From Hamiltosporidium tvaerminnensis FI-OER-3-3 (taxonomy: Eukaryota > Fungi > Microsporidia): a DNA stretch of 64,000 bases. Of this stretch, positions 39,791 through 52,154 are shown piece after piece. The notes under the pieces were generated by a model. That model did no database searches. It was not told where the DNA came from and worked only from the letters and a program-made list of their open reading frames with translations. Positions within the stretch are counted from its first letter, which is position 1. Every line of letters starts with the position of its first letter. Location: NCBI GenBank assembly GCA_022605425.2, contig JAKIMF020000001.1:2232001-2296000 (forward strand). The letters run 5' to 3'. The translations under genes and the position numbers were made by a program.

Positions 39791-41377
39791 ATGCAACAAC
39801 AGCCGATGAAATATTTTGTTTTAGTCAAGGAATCACCAATACAAATTCAAAAAAACAATGCCAATGCTGCTGCTGCAGTGGCCACACTAGTAAAAACGTG
39901 TTTGGGACCACGAGCAATGCAAAAAATGATTTTGACCAAAATAGGTTCTATTGAAGTGACAAACGATGGAAACGCAATTTTAAGAGAATTAGATGTATCT
40001 AATCCAGCAGCAAAAATAATTATTGAGTTGGCAAGAACACAAGATGATGAGGTAGGTGATGGAACGACATCAGTTATAATTCTTACATCTGAGATTTTGG
40101 GGCAGATGATACCAATTTTAGAAAATAATGTACATCCAGTGGTTGTTTCAAATTTTTTATCCAAATTACTTATTTTTTGTCAAAATCATCTTAAAAAGAT
40201 TTCTTATGACGTTGAAAATAAAAATGAAGAAAAATTAAAAATTATAAGATCAAGTATTAATACAAAAATATGTTCGATGTTTGGAGTAAAAATTGAAGAA
40301 TTGGCACTTAAGGCAGTTCAAATTGTAGGAATTGAAGAAATGGGTATGAAGAGATGTGATATTAAAAAATATGTAAGAATAGAGAAAATTGCAGGTGGAG
40401 ATTTTTCTGAATGCCGGGTAGTTGATGGTTTGATTTTAAATAAAAATATTGTGCATTCTCAGATGAGAAGAAGAATTGAAAATCCAAGAATAATTATTCT
40501 TGATTTTCCTTTGGAATATAAAAAAGGTGAAAGTCAAACAAATTTTGAATTTAGAAACGAAGAAGATTTTACCAGGGCATTGGAAATTGAAGAAGAACAA
40601 GTAAAAATTGTTGTTGAAAATATTTTAAAATTCAAACCAGATATTGTAGTTACAGAGAAAGGAATCTGTGACTATGCACTTTCTATTTTGTATTCTAATA
40701 ATGTCACCGCTCTTAGAAGATTAAAGAAAACTGAGAGTGAAAGATTAAGCAGTATTTCTGGTGCATCCATAATTTCTTCATCAGATGATATCCAAGAGAA
40801 ACATGTAGGAATCGATTGCGGTCTTTTTGAATATGAAAAGATAGGCGATGAATATTATTGTAACTTTTTGGAAAGTAGAAAACAAAAAGCGTGTAGCGTT
40901 ATTCTTAGAGGTTCCAGTAAAGATATTTTAAACGAACTTGAAAGAAATTTCAATGATGCAATAAAAGTGGCAAAAAATATTTTTTTCTCCCCAAAATTGG
41001 TAACAGGCGCAGGTTCTACAGAAATTTCATTGGCCAAACTTTTAGAAAGTTCAAATTTTTATTTAAACGGTACAGAAACAGAAAAGAAAATTACATTGGG
41101 ATTAGCAGAGGCATTTAGAAATATTCCAGCGATTTTGGCTGCAAATAGTGGTGTCCATTCTCCTTTGAGTGTGGTTTCTAAATTGGAAAAGAAACACGAT
41201 GAAAATCATTATTATGGTATTGATGGTATAACAGGAGATGTTGTAGATATGCGTGGTAAGATTGTAGAACCTTTGGTTGTGAAACTACAATATATTAAAT
41301 CTGCAATTGAAACTGCTATTTTGCTTATGAGAGTAGATGGTATTATTTATTCAAGTAAGGCACAGCAATTGGAATAA
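39791..41377 (+). CDS. CCT3: T-complex protein 1 subunit gamma (CCT chaperonin)
   Basis: TCLGPRAM, TNDGNAILRE, QDDEVGDGTTSV, RRRIENPRI..LEYKKGESQT; CCC motif upstream of the ATG. Confidence 0.96.
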   Translation: MQQQPMKYFVLVKESPIQIQKNNANAAAAVATLVKTCLGPRAMQKMILTKIGSIEVTNDGNAILRELDVSNPAAKIIIELARTQDDEVGDGTTSVIILTSEILGQMIPILENNVHPVVVSNFLSKLLIFCQNHLKKISYDVENKNEEKLKIIRSSINTKICSMFGVKIEELALKAVQIVGIEEMGMKRCDIKKYVRIEKIAGGDFSECRVVDGLILNKNIVHSQMRRRIENPRIIILDFPLEYKKGESQTNFEFRNEEDFTRALEIEEEQVKIVVENILKFKPDIVVTEKGICDYALSILYSNNVTALRRLKKTESERLSSISGASIISSSDDIQEKHVGIDCGLFEYEKIGDEYYCNFLESRKQKACSVILRGSSKDILNELERNFNDAIKVAKNIFFSPKLVTGAGSTEISLAKLLESSNFYLNGTETEKKITLGLAEAFRNIPAILAANSGVHSPLSVVSKLEKKHDENHYYGIDGITGDVVDMRGKIVEPLVVKLQYIKSAIETAILLMRVDGIIYSSKAQQLE

Positions 41378-42794
41378 ATATTTTTATTTTTATTTTTATT
41401 TTTATTTTTAGATCTGGATTTGGATTTATTTCTATTTTTATTTTTATTCTTATTTTTATTTTATTTTATTTCTATTTCTATTTTTATTTTTAGATTTGGA
41501 TTTTTAATATTCTTTGAAGGTTTAATTTTTATATTCATTTCTATTTTTTTATTGGATTCAGTCTTGTTTTTAAGTTTTTTCATAGTTTTTTTTCTAAAGA
41601 CTTGTAAATTATTTTTTTAATGGTTCTTTTCCAATTTAGCCATTTTTACATAACTTGTAGCTACGTATATTATAGGAAAAGACTTAATCGTATTTCATTC
41701 TTCGAGTATTTGTCCTTAATATTCCTAAGTATTCATTACTTCTCTTTTTAATATAACATTTTCTTCTTTATTTCATTTAAATAAATTCTCGTGTATTGCA
41801 ATTCTATGGTAGAGATTAAGTGAGTAATGAGTAATTTTAGAAATATACAATGGGTTGTCTTAGTTGATGTTGTCTTGTAAACATATTTTTTAAGAAATAG
41901 TAGCAGCTGAAAAAAAATACTTTGATCTAGATAAACACATCTTAATATATATGTTTTTATATTTGGTGTGTTTATTGAAGAATATTTCTTGAATTCTTGA
42001 TTAAGCTTACCAATCTAAATTAAACTAAAAAAATGCCAGGAAAATTTTAAAATTTTAGAAAGCTCTAAAAAATATAAAGTGAAACTTAAAATAAAAACAA
42101 AAAGACTACTTTTAAACAAGGAATACTATATTAAGTAAACAACTGTTATAAAGAAAGATAACGATTGTATTTTTTTAATATTCTTAGTACCTTAGAAAAC
42201 CTACGAATTCTTTTAGAAGGACTTTTGGTAGAAATTACGTATATATGCTCTAAACATATTTCTATGTTCATGAAAAGTTTTAGAATATTACTAGGAACAA
42301 TTTAATCGAATTGTTTACCGGTGAAAGTTGTAATGCGTTTATCTCTCTTTCCACGTGAATTGACCTTCGATTAATTCTGATAAAAATATCATACTAGAAG
42401 TTTTAATAAGATTTATTGACTGTTACAAATACATAAATATTTATAGCTGTTATTTTTTTCACATTTAAAACAAGATATATTTATTTTTGAAATGTTATTT
42501 TTTTATTCTTCATTTCTAAAGCCTGTATTTAGTAATCTTTTACCTTAAAAAAAGTAAATTTCTAATTTTGATTCTAACAACATATTTTAGAGTCAATTCT
42601 CTTTAAAAAGTAAATATTTCTCTTCTGGAGTTGCTCTGAATCACGAAAACACGATTTAAAAATAGGAATTACAAATTTATATTTTATTTGTAGCAGAAAG
42701 ATTTATCAGTGCATATTTCAGTAATAATGAATTTATTTACTATATATTGATCTTTTAAAAAATATTTACAGTGAAATTTTAATCATATTTAACA

Positions 42795-43128
42795 GTCTAA
42801 GCGATTCCTTTTGATCGACAGAGAAGACTTGAGTCAAAACCAAATCCCGAAGGGAGCTGGCAAAAAGTGACGATTGGCCTTATTAAAAGTGCTTAATATA
42901 CGAGGAACCAATATATCTTTTATGACAAGCTATTAAGGATGAAAATGGTGTTAAAAATGCGTGAACATAAAATATTTTTTGTTTTATTTTACATGAAGCC
43001 ACCACACTCGAGAAACTGACAATAAATATAAAAGAACAGTCGGATTTAGAAGAAGATTTTGAGGGTTTTAAAGTAGAGAGGAAAACTTTAGAAATTTGAA
43101 AATGATTTTACCTAAAATTTTATTAAAA
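42795..43128 (+). mobile_element. Decayed R4/Dong-like LINE 3' end
   Basis: TTTGATCGAC..GACTTGAGTC..GAGCTGG..GTCGGATTTAGAAGAAG..TTTTATTAAAAA. Confidence 0.8.
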
Positions 43129-44602
43129 ATTTATATTTATCGAGTATAAATTTATTCCTTAAAAAATACTAATTTTGCTTGTAAAAAGTTCACAAAAAGT
43201 TCTTTTTAAAACGTGCATTATAATCGTATTAAAACAGAAGCAAATTTTTTTTTCTGAAGACTGATTTGATATTATTCAAATAGGAATGAATCGATATTGA
43301 TTAATGTATATGCAGTAAGGCCACTAAAAGCGATTTAATCTAATTATTCAAAACAAGCATCTAATATAGATTTAAAAAATATTAACCTGTATCAATAAAT
43401 ATTATTGTGCGAAATTGCAGAATACTTTTTTTATTTACTGTTTCAAAATATATAATTAATATTATACACGCAAATATATTTAGAACGCAAATTAATACAA
43501 CCATTAAATATATTGAACACCGTTCTAAAATAACTTATATATTGAGAGAATTTGAATTCAATCCAAATTACTAAATTATAAGTATTGATGTATTTCATAC
43601 AAAAAAAACACAATTATTTCGTTATTTTACTCAAATATAATGCAAGAAAACAACCAATCAATCTTCAAATACTCGTAAAAACTAATATTATTTATCAAAT
43701 AATATTTTTAAATAAAAAAAAATTTCCTATCAAAACAACAAATAATTTTTGAGTCTCAAAATATAAAATAGCTAAAAAAAAGATAAAAATACATCAAAAA
43801 TGGTTTTCAACGTACAAATTCTGAAACAAATTTATTCAGATTATTTCAACCAATTTTTCTAAAATTTTTTCTGTTCATTTTATAAATAAGTATAATACTT
43901 CTTCCCCCTTATAATGACTCATAGTTATAATGAATATGAAGAAGAAAAGGTGCTTAATAATATTATTCTAATTTCAAAAATAAAAAAGCATTCAGATGAA
44001 GTTGGAATTAAATTACTTAAATTTTATGAAAAAACATATAATCTTAAGTTTTAGAAATTTGGAATTTTTTTTAAAAAGAATAGAAATTTTGTTAAAAGTA
44101 AGAACCTGAGTGTTAGAATCAATAAAATATTTTTTTTAAAAAGAATAGAAATTTTGCTAAAAGTAAGAATCTAATTTTTAGAATTATTAAAATATTTTTT
44201 TTGATTTAAAATTGTATAAATGAATTATTTTCGGTAAGTAAATATTAAATTTTTACTAAGTCTTTTTTTCAGTATTTTTTATAAATTTAGCTTACAAAAA
44301 AAATCTAATTCTTCTTTTGAATGCCTCCTTTATTTATTTGGTAGCTTTCCTATTAAAATTTCTTGTTCATTTCTTGATTAACAGTTTACATAATTATGCC
44401 TCCTTTTATCCAATCTATATCTTTCTCATAAAAATCTCTTTTACTTATCAATTGTCCTATTTTAAAACGCCTTCTTTTATCCAATCTATATCTTTCTTAT
44501 TAAAGCTTGTTAGTATGACTTACGTAAAAAATATTAAATGAAACACAAAAATAAAAATATAAAAACTCAATAAAATTTACTCAATCTAAATTTATTTACA
44601 TT

Positions 44603-45043
44603 CTAATCATCATCATTGCCATCTATAGATTCTATGAGTGAATTGTGTCTTGCTCTGGGTCTTCCGTTTTTTATTCCTTCTTTGTATTTAACAAAATATT
44701 TTCTAGTAAGTTCTGCATAATATGGCATACCAAGTTGTTCCATTGCTCTTATAAGATCATCTCCTGTCAGTGTTTTTCTATTTTCACTTTCACAAATTTC
44801 TTTTGCCATACATGTAACAACTGCAATAAACTCACTTGCAGATTTCTGCATAAGTTCTTTGGCATCTTTAGCTACTTTGGCCACTTTTGGTATGGGATTT
44901 TTCATTATTTTTGAAATATTTGCTATTGGAAGCAATCTGTCAGTAGTCTTTAAATTAGCAAGATATGTTTCGTCCATATCTTCACTACTTTCTTCATTTT
45001 TATTATTGCGATTGTGTTTCATATTTGTTTTGTTTTGCTCCAT
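44603..45043 (-). CDS. HAP3: CCAAT-binding factor subunit NF-YB/Hap3
   Basis: DRLLPIANISKIMK..KVAKDAKE..SEFI..ENRKTLTGDDLI histone fold. Confidence 0.93.
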   Translation of the reverse strand: MEQNKTNMKHNRNNKNEESSEDMDETYLANLKTTDRLLPIANISKIMKNPIPKVAKVAKDAKELMQKSASEFIAVVTCMAKEICESENRKTLTGDDLIRAMEQLGMPYYAELTRKYFVKYKEGIKNGRPRARHNSLIESIDGNDDD

Positions 45044-45194
45044 TGATTTTTATCAAGGGAAAAGTTTTATAAGAAAATATTTGTAGATTTGATTGTAATA
45101 AATGAAAATATGTTTCTCCATATTTTTTTAAGATTGATTGGTACTTTGAAAAAAGTAAGAAATGTCATTTTTTTTTATAATTTTTTTATATTCT

Positions 45195-45345
45195 AATTGA
45201 CTATCTGTATTTGTATCAACAGAAGTTTTTTTGGTTTTAATTGACTATTTGTTTTATCAGTATATTAGTATCAACAGAAGTTTTTTTGATTTTAATTGTC
45301 TATTTGTTTTATCAGTATATTAGTATCGATTGAAGTTTTTTTTAG
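45195..45345. repeat. ~56-bp imperfect repeat, ~3 units, in the divergent NF-YB/PUS1 intergenic region
   Basis: GTATCAACAGAAGTTTTTTTG..TTTTAATTG..TATTT recurs. Confidence 0.75.
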
Positions 45346-45593
45346 TTTTAAATCTTTTGCAAAAAAATACAGAGTTGGTTTATAAAAAATATAAATTTCA
45401 CGTTTTTTTTGATAAATTTACAATGAGAAGATCAAAATGTTTTTATTACTATGCATAGTAGTTATTTGTTTCGATTTTATTACAAAAAAATTTTTTATGA
45501 TTTAATTCAATTCATTTTATTATCATAAATTCAAGTTGTTTTTTAAAAAAATATCGAAAATATAATTTATTTTATGAATGAGTAACCGTTACA

Positions 45594-47213
45594 ATGAAAA
45601 TAAAAATAGCGCTTATTGTTGGTTATGTTGGTACAGAATACAACGGTTTACAATACAACATATATGGGCGAACAATAGAAGGTGAAATAATAAAAAGTTT
45701 GCTTTCAATAAAAGCTATAACTGAAATGAATGCAGCTGTGCCAAGAAAAATTGCATTGCATCGTTCATGTAGGACTGATAAAGGTGTACATGCTGTTATG
45801 AATATAATTGTTTGTAAAGTTGTGTACAAAATAGAAAATGAAAAATTTGAGGAACTTAAAAATGATTTATTGAGTAAAAATATTTATTTATATAAGATTG
45901 TGAGAGTAACGAAAGGGTTTGATGCAAAGAAAATGTGTCAAGCTAGAACTTATAAATATATTTTGCCTGCCTTTATTCTTAAAGAAGGTAATTTTAATGA
46001 AGAAATTGAAAGTTTTTTAGTACATTGTAGAAGTCAAAAAAATATTCTTAATTTGGAAAGCAATAATTCCACACTGGAACCGAATCTTAATCAAAAATGT
46101 GTTTTAGATAATGAGGGGTATGAGAAAAAAACGCTAGATGCTTCTTATTCAAAAAATAATAGAATAAACGAATTATCGTTGTTCGAAGATTCTCTTTCAA
46201 ACGATACCAATTCTAGTAATTTTCTTGAAGAAAAAAATGTTCAATTTCAAACAGAAATTGCGAAAGATAATCCACTAATTACCGACTCTTCTCAAAATAA
46301 ATTAAAGAACGAAATTTTAAATATAAATACAGCAAATACTTCTTCTGAAAAAAGATTCAAAGAAATCGTAATTGAAAATAAAGACAATATTTCTGCTCAA
46401 GAAAATGAAATATTTGGAATTGGTTCTTCAGAAGAAAAATCAATTCAAACCAATGAAAAATTTTGTATCGAAAAAGAAGATTTTATTGGTAAAGATTTAT
46501 TAAAAGATGATTCAATTCAAGCCAATGAAAAATTTTGTATCAAAAAAGAAGATTTTATTGGTAAAGATTTATTAAAAGATGATTCAATTCAAATGAATGA
46601 TAATTTTGGCCTCGAGAAAGATGATTTGATTAGCAATGATTTGTTAAAAGAAATATTTTCTAATGATTTGAACTATAAAATAACAGAAGACGATTTTAAT
46701 TTTTTTGAATTAACATTTAAAAAATTAATTAGAAATTGTGATTTTCACAATTTTACGACAACAAAAAATACAAAAGGAACGCGAAGATACATAAAAGATA
46801 TATCTGTTTCGAAACCTTTCCTATACAATGATCGCGAATATATTGAAATAACAATTCACGGACAAAGTTTTATGTTACATCAGATTAGAAAGATGGTAGG
46901 ATTTGTTATTTTAATTACGAAATATTGTAGAAATAAAAGCGATGAAATCATTAATATGGCTTTTAGTTCATCTAAAATAAATGTACCCAAATCACCTGCA
47001 GAATATCTATTTTTAGATACACCATTTTTTGATTTCTATAATAAAAAATTTGGCAAGCTTTACTCTGAAATATCATTAGATGAATCAGAAAAAAGCAAAT
47101 TCAAGGAAGTTTATATCCTTCCAAATATTCATAACGAAGAGAATATTATTTCATTGTTAAACTGGATTCGTGTTATTTATAAACATGGATATCATTTTGA
47201 GTTCTTAAAATAA
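45594..47213 (+). CDS. PUS1: tRNA pseudouridine synthase, TruA/Pus1 family, with a large low-complexity insertion
   Basis: GYVGTEYNGLQ, RTDKGVHA (catalytic Asp), RTYKY, DFHNFT, GQSFMLHQIRKMVG, PKSP. Confidence 0.9.
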   Translation: MKIKIALIVGYVGTEYNGLQYNIYGRTIEGEIIKSLLSIKAITEMNAAVPRKIALHRSCRTDKGVHAVMNIIVCKVVYKIENEKFEELKNDLLSKNIYLYKIVRVTKGFDAKKMCQARTYKYILPAFILKEGNFNEEIESFLVHCRSQKNILNLESNNSTLEPNLNQKCVLDNEGYEKKTLDASYSKNNRINELSLFEDSLSNDTNSSNFLEEKNVQFQTEIAKDNPLITDSSQNKLKNEILNINTANTSSEKRFKEIVIENKDNISAQENEIFGIGSSEEKSIQTNEKFCIEKEDFIGKDLLKDDSIQANEKFCIKKEDFIGKDLLKDDSIQMNDNFGLEKDDLISNDLLKEIFSNDLNYKITEDDFNFFELTFKKLIRNCDFHNFTTTKNTKGTRRYIKDISVSKPFLYNDREYIEITIHGQSFMLHQIRKMVGFVILITKYCRNKSDEIINMAFSSSKINVPKSPAEYLFLDTPFFDFYNKKFGKLYSEISLDESEKSKFKEVYILPNIHNEENIISLLNWIRVIYKHGYHFEFLK

Positions 47214-47449
47214 AAAACTTATGTGCAGTTTTGAATTATTATACTTCATTTTTTAGCAAAAAAATGTTTAATCTTATAATCTCTTTTTCATTTACTAACT
47301 TTAAGTTATTTTTTAAAAAACCATTTCAAAATTCTACTATAATCATAAATTCTTTTTCAAATTAGTTGCTTCGTAACTTTTATATCAGAAACAACAACTG
47401 TTAATTTTTATAATTAGATTAAACTTAAATTAACGATCCTTAAATTCTA

Positions 47450-47672
47450 GTGAATAAAGGGGATAACCACATTTAAAATTATCTGCTCTGCAAGAGTCTC
47501 TAGAATTGTTTGAAAATCATTGTTGAGATTTTAGTGGGATATAAACCAAGCTAAATCTATTGACGAATTCCCTATAATCCTAAGTTATAGAGACTAAAAG
47601 AAACAAATAGGAATTTATCTTTTGTTCATCTTCGACACCGAGAGGTAAAGGGGGACAGGAATAATTGTGTAA
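47450..47672 (+). mobile_element. Short SINE-like element copy
   Basis: GGGATAACCACATTTAAAATTATCTGC head; TTGTTCATCTTCGACACCGAGAGGTAAAGGGGGACAGG tail; degenerate TSD ending AAATTCTA. Confidence 0.8.
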
Positions 47673-47689
47673 CTATAGTCAAATTCTAT

Positions 47690-48380
47690 AATCGGGAGAC
47701 TATCTACATTCAAAATATTCTGCTTAATAGTGAGTAAATAAAATTGGTGTAAAAATCATAATTTTAGTTTTTTGAGTAATCAAAACCACATTATATTTTT
47801 GTTTGTACCGTGAAATTTTTATAATAGAAAGAAAGTCTATAAAAGGCTTAAATTTTTTAAAAAGTTGGTTTGCCTTCTTTTATGTAACTATATAGGCAAC
47901 CACGACTGAAATGAAGTAATTACGATGTAAAAGCAGGGAAACCTAGCCTGTCTCATTCAGATTAGGAGACATAGAGCAAGGAAAATAGAAATACTATAAG
48001 ATTTTAGGATGTTCCAACAAAATAAGAAACTACAGATAACTATTGATGTGGTATTGCGAAGTTTAGGCGATTTATTGTAAGATCTAATATATATATTAGT
48101 TGAAAGTTTATAGGAATTAGAAAGCGAAGATTATATGAGAATGATTTTGATCTCGGGTAATTACAAGATAGGTGCGATTTAGAGATTAAAGTGCGGGAAA
48201 CGGAAATTAGAGAGCCCAGGCAAATTTCCCGATTATTAAATAGTTTATATGCACTTTTATGATGCAACGTTTTAGATTGCAGATATCATAGAGAATCCGA
48301 TGGTATATTGGGAAAGCGCTCCTATATTTTAAACCCAGAACATGTTAATATCATTATAGCCTATTCATTTTAAAGTAAAT
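47690..48380 (+). mobile_element. Old, decayed copy of the long structured SINE-like element
   Basis: Colinear remnants TTTTATGTAAC, ATGTAAAAGCAGGGAAACCTAGCCT, GGCAAAT, CCGATGG, TTTAAACCCAGAAC. Confidence 0.7.
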
Positions 48381-49619
48381 ACACTAAAAAACTTGAATTA
48401 TTAAAATATTTATTTTTTTATGCCCAAAAAAAGACTTAAAATAATAGATTAAAAAATACCTTCAATAATTATGCAGGTTACTGTAATTCTTCTATAACAC
48501 TGGCACATGGCTTCCATGAAAATAATATTTACACATCTTTTTACTAAAAATATGTGTTCTTTATCAATAAAAATTTATGAATCAGATACAATAGTTATTT
48601 TAGAGAGCCCTCTATATGACTTTTTTCTGTATAAATTTGTCTGTTATATGCACTATATATATTTCTGTTTATTTTTTAATGGTGCACTTAATTTTTCCAC
48701 GTTTTTCTCGAGAATTGCATATCTGCTAAAATTTAACGAAAATCTTAGTAAAATTAAACATTTAGAATATATTTATATTTGTCTCTAATGTTTTTAGAGC
48801 ATATTTTTTGTTTATAATTTTCTAAGCCGCTGAAAATATAGCACAAAACAAATAATTTTAATATGCTTACACAAATCCTAATATGCTTTCATATTTGCAG
48901 AAGCTATTTTAGATTATTATTTTTTTTTCTTTCTTAAAGCTTACCAAAAAAAATCGCACAGAATTTTTCCTAAAAATATTAAAAAGCAGTTTAATAGCCT
49001 CGAAATTGTCTCCAACAACTAATATGAAGCAGGCTCTAGGAATAAGATGGAGTTAGTGTGCTTTAAAACAAAGATGTAATATTTTACACTAAGATAAGCT
49101 GATAAAAGAAGAAAAAAATATTTTTTTGACATTTTTATAAGCACAAAAATCCACGAATATTTTTATTAGGACACACACTTTCTAACAACATATATAAATG
49201 AGACCAAACTATTTTGTTGCGCTTATAAAAATTTCTAGAAAATCACTAAATCAGAAATAATCAATTTGTCTTCTTTCGTAAAATACACAAATTTTACCTC
49301 TCGTTTTACGGGATTTGACATAGATCGATTTCGATAAGAAAAATACAATGCGAGAAGTCTGTATACCATCTTAACATGTTTTAATCTATGAAAAGTAACA
49401 AATGATATTTTTATACCTTAAAACAATAGTTTTCATGGAAAACTTCATCTTTTCAAAATTTTGTTGTATAAAACATTCGCTAACTTGTTCTTAACCTTTA
49501 AAAAAGTAACTGGATGATTTTTTAAATTTTATTGCCAGTTAGATGCTGATCCTCTTACAGAATAATAATCTCTCTTCTGAAAAAGAGTGTGAGTTATAGA
49601 TGTAAAATTAAGGTAACAT

Positions 49620-51105
49620 GATTATAATCAATAAATCCTATAAATAAATATGGAATGAATCAACAAAACGATTATATGTCACTCAGTTCAAAAATTCCTG
49701 AAAATCAGTAAACTTAAATATGATGGGGACTCAGAATAAAAACCAAAGCAAAATTAATAACAATATACCCGATATATTTATTTTCGACAAGAGAAATAAT
49801 AAGATTAGACTCTGAAAGAAGGAATCTTTGCCCGGATTTACTTTAAATTGTCAAAACCCAAAACCAAGCAAGTATTATCTATTAAAGAATGAGTTAAGTC
49901 TATCTATAATTTTAGTATTACTATAATCTCTTATGTGATAACCTAAATGTTTTTTGGCTTAAATACATAAGATATGCCTAAAAACAATCCAATTCCCATA
50001 AAATAGAGACATATAATTAGTAGATGATGCTTAAGAGGACACAGTCAAAACAATTTATTCTAATCGAAGACAAGGACTTGGGTCAGCCCCAAATCTAGAA
50101 AAAAGTTGAAAATGATAATCAATGTGTGTTATTCAAGAAGACGAAATACATGAAGAAACAACCCTGTTTAATAAAAGAAAGTGAAGCAGACGATTGTGTT
50201 CAACCCATAAAAATAAAAAGTAATGACGAATCAATTTAGATTAAGGGTCTCTAAACTTTTTGGCTTGCGGGCTATATTGACTTCTAAAAAAAAGTCCCGC
50301 GGGCCAAGAACTTATTATTTTTATGCCCCCATACTGAAAAATAGTTCTGAAATTTTAATTATTAATATTGCTAAAGCCTCATATAGATTTTCATAAGAAT
50401 AAATATGTATATTAACGATATTTATAAATAAAAATAGACAAATAAATTAGTAAAATTTTATACGAAACTTCCAGCTACGCAATTCCATCACGTTAATAAA
50501 TTTTCTCAAGGATTATTCTTGCTGTCGGCTCTGCCTAATTTTGCGAAGAAATTTTTTCTAAAATGAAATATAAAAAAAGGCATTTACAGATCTAAATTAA
50601 CAGATAAGCACTTGAAGTCGTTATTGGTAATTTCTTCTAGTAAATTTAATTCAAAATTTCAACAAATTATCACCTAGAAATCTCAACTACATCAATCTCA
50701 TCAAAAATAGATTATGCCATATATTTTTGGTTATTTCATTTTGTTTTTTTAGTAAAAAATAATTTAAAATTAATTGCTAGCGTAAAAAATGATGAAAACG
50801 CTACGAATCCCCTTTTTATTACAACTTTATGCCTAAATTGACTATAATTGCAATTATTATTGTATGATTTATCTATGTTTCTTTATTTTATTTCCTCACT
50901 TAAAAAAAACCGTGGCGAGCCAGGAAAATGTGGTCGCGGGCTGTAGTTTAATAACACCTGGTTTAGATAAAAAAAGCAGATTCGAGTAACTGAAATTACA
51001 TATATCGAAAATCCGGATTTAACAGACGATAAAAAGTTGTTAAAGAGGTATAATAATATATAAAAGGCATGAAAATGCATTTATACCAGCATTCTATTAA
51101 ATAAG
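49620..51105 (+). mobile_element. Decayed R4/Dong-like LINE fragment split by a hAT insertion
   Basis: CACTCAGTTCAA, CCCGATATATTTATTTT and GGACTTGGGTC before 50242; CCGGATTT..GTTAAAGAGGTA..TATTAAATAA after 50968. Confidence 0.7.
50242..50960 (+). mobile_element. Non-autonomous hAT (Buster/Charlie-like) DNA transposon
   Basis: Ends TAAGGGTCTCTAAACT..GCGGGC and CGCGGGCTGTAGTTTAATAACACCTG; 8-bp TSD (A/G)TTTAGAT with central TA at 50234-50241 and 50961-50968; transposase C-terminal remnants FSKMKY, YRSKLTDKHLKSLL, KSQLHQSH. Confidence 0.85.
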
Positions 51106-51579
51106 CATATATTGATGTTTATTCGTTTAACTGAAGAACATAGTTTTATTGTGAGTTTATTTTTTCTGAACACAAGCTGCTTATTTAATTCAATTTTAAG
51201 GATTTAGTTTGTATTTATTAATTTATAGAATCTTTATATTTTTAACAATCGTAATTTTATATAATTATTTTATTTTTCGTACTTTTTGTTGTATATAATT
51301 TTTTGGCCTTTCTAAAGGAGTATGATATTCATTTATAGTCTAAAAATTGCAATATATTTTATAGTTAACCTAAATTTTTAAAATTTAATGTACATCTAGA
51401 TTTCCTTGATCTAGTATAATTTTTTCTAAAAATACTGAATAAATTTTGATTATCATAGAGAAATCACAAATTTTATTTGTAATAATTTTTTTTCGTTTGA
51501 ATTAGTATTAGTAGGTGTGGTTTATACTTTAAAGTACAATCAATATATTTATTTTTTTAGTAGGATTTTGGTTTATGTT

Positions 51580-52007
51580 AATACCACAAATCTCATCTTA
51601 AAAGACTAGAAATACCCATGAATGTAGAGGCATACATTCAGTCTATAGTACTTAAGAAGACAGTCGAAACAATTTCCTTTGATCGACGAAGAGGACTTGA
51701 GTCAGGACTAAATGCCGAAGAGAGCTGGGAGAGAGCGTCAATAGGTGTTATTATGGGAGCAGAGATGCACGAGGAACCAACACCTCCTTTAAAAGAAGAG
51801 AAGAGAGAGGAAGATGGTGCAAAAAATTTTAAACCGAAAAATAAAGCACCCCTTATTTCACAAGGAGGAACCACTTTAGAGGAACCGACCAATAACATAA
51901 ATAAAGAGTCGGATTTGGAAGAAGAGACAAAAGTGGTTAAAGAGGTAGAAGAAAACATATAAAAATGGTAAAAATGTTTTAACCCAAAATTTTATTAAAT
52001 AAAAAAA
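51580..52007 (+). mobile_element. Young 5'-truncated R4/Dong-like LINE copy
   Basis: Near-identical to 6762-7190; TSD TTG(G/T)TTTATGTT at 51568-51579 and 52008-52019. Confidence 0.95.
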
Positions 52008-52154
52008 TTGTTTTATGTTCTAAGGAAAGTTTCTTATTTGATAATATAAACAATTCAAAGTACACCCGTCATCATATAAATATCAAATTTGTTATTATCT
52101 CTAATATATTCTGATAATAAAATTCTAAGTTTTAATGTATTATTTGCCTATCAT

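Noticed and set aside
41378-41620. 66-aa Phe/Leu/Ile-rich ORF after CCT3
   Set aside because: Translation of (TTTTTA)n low-complexity DNA
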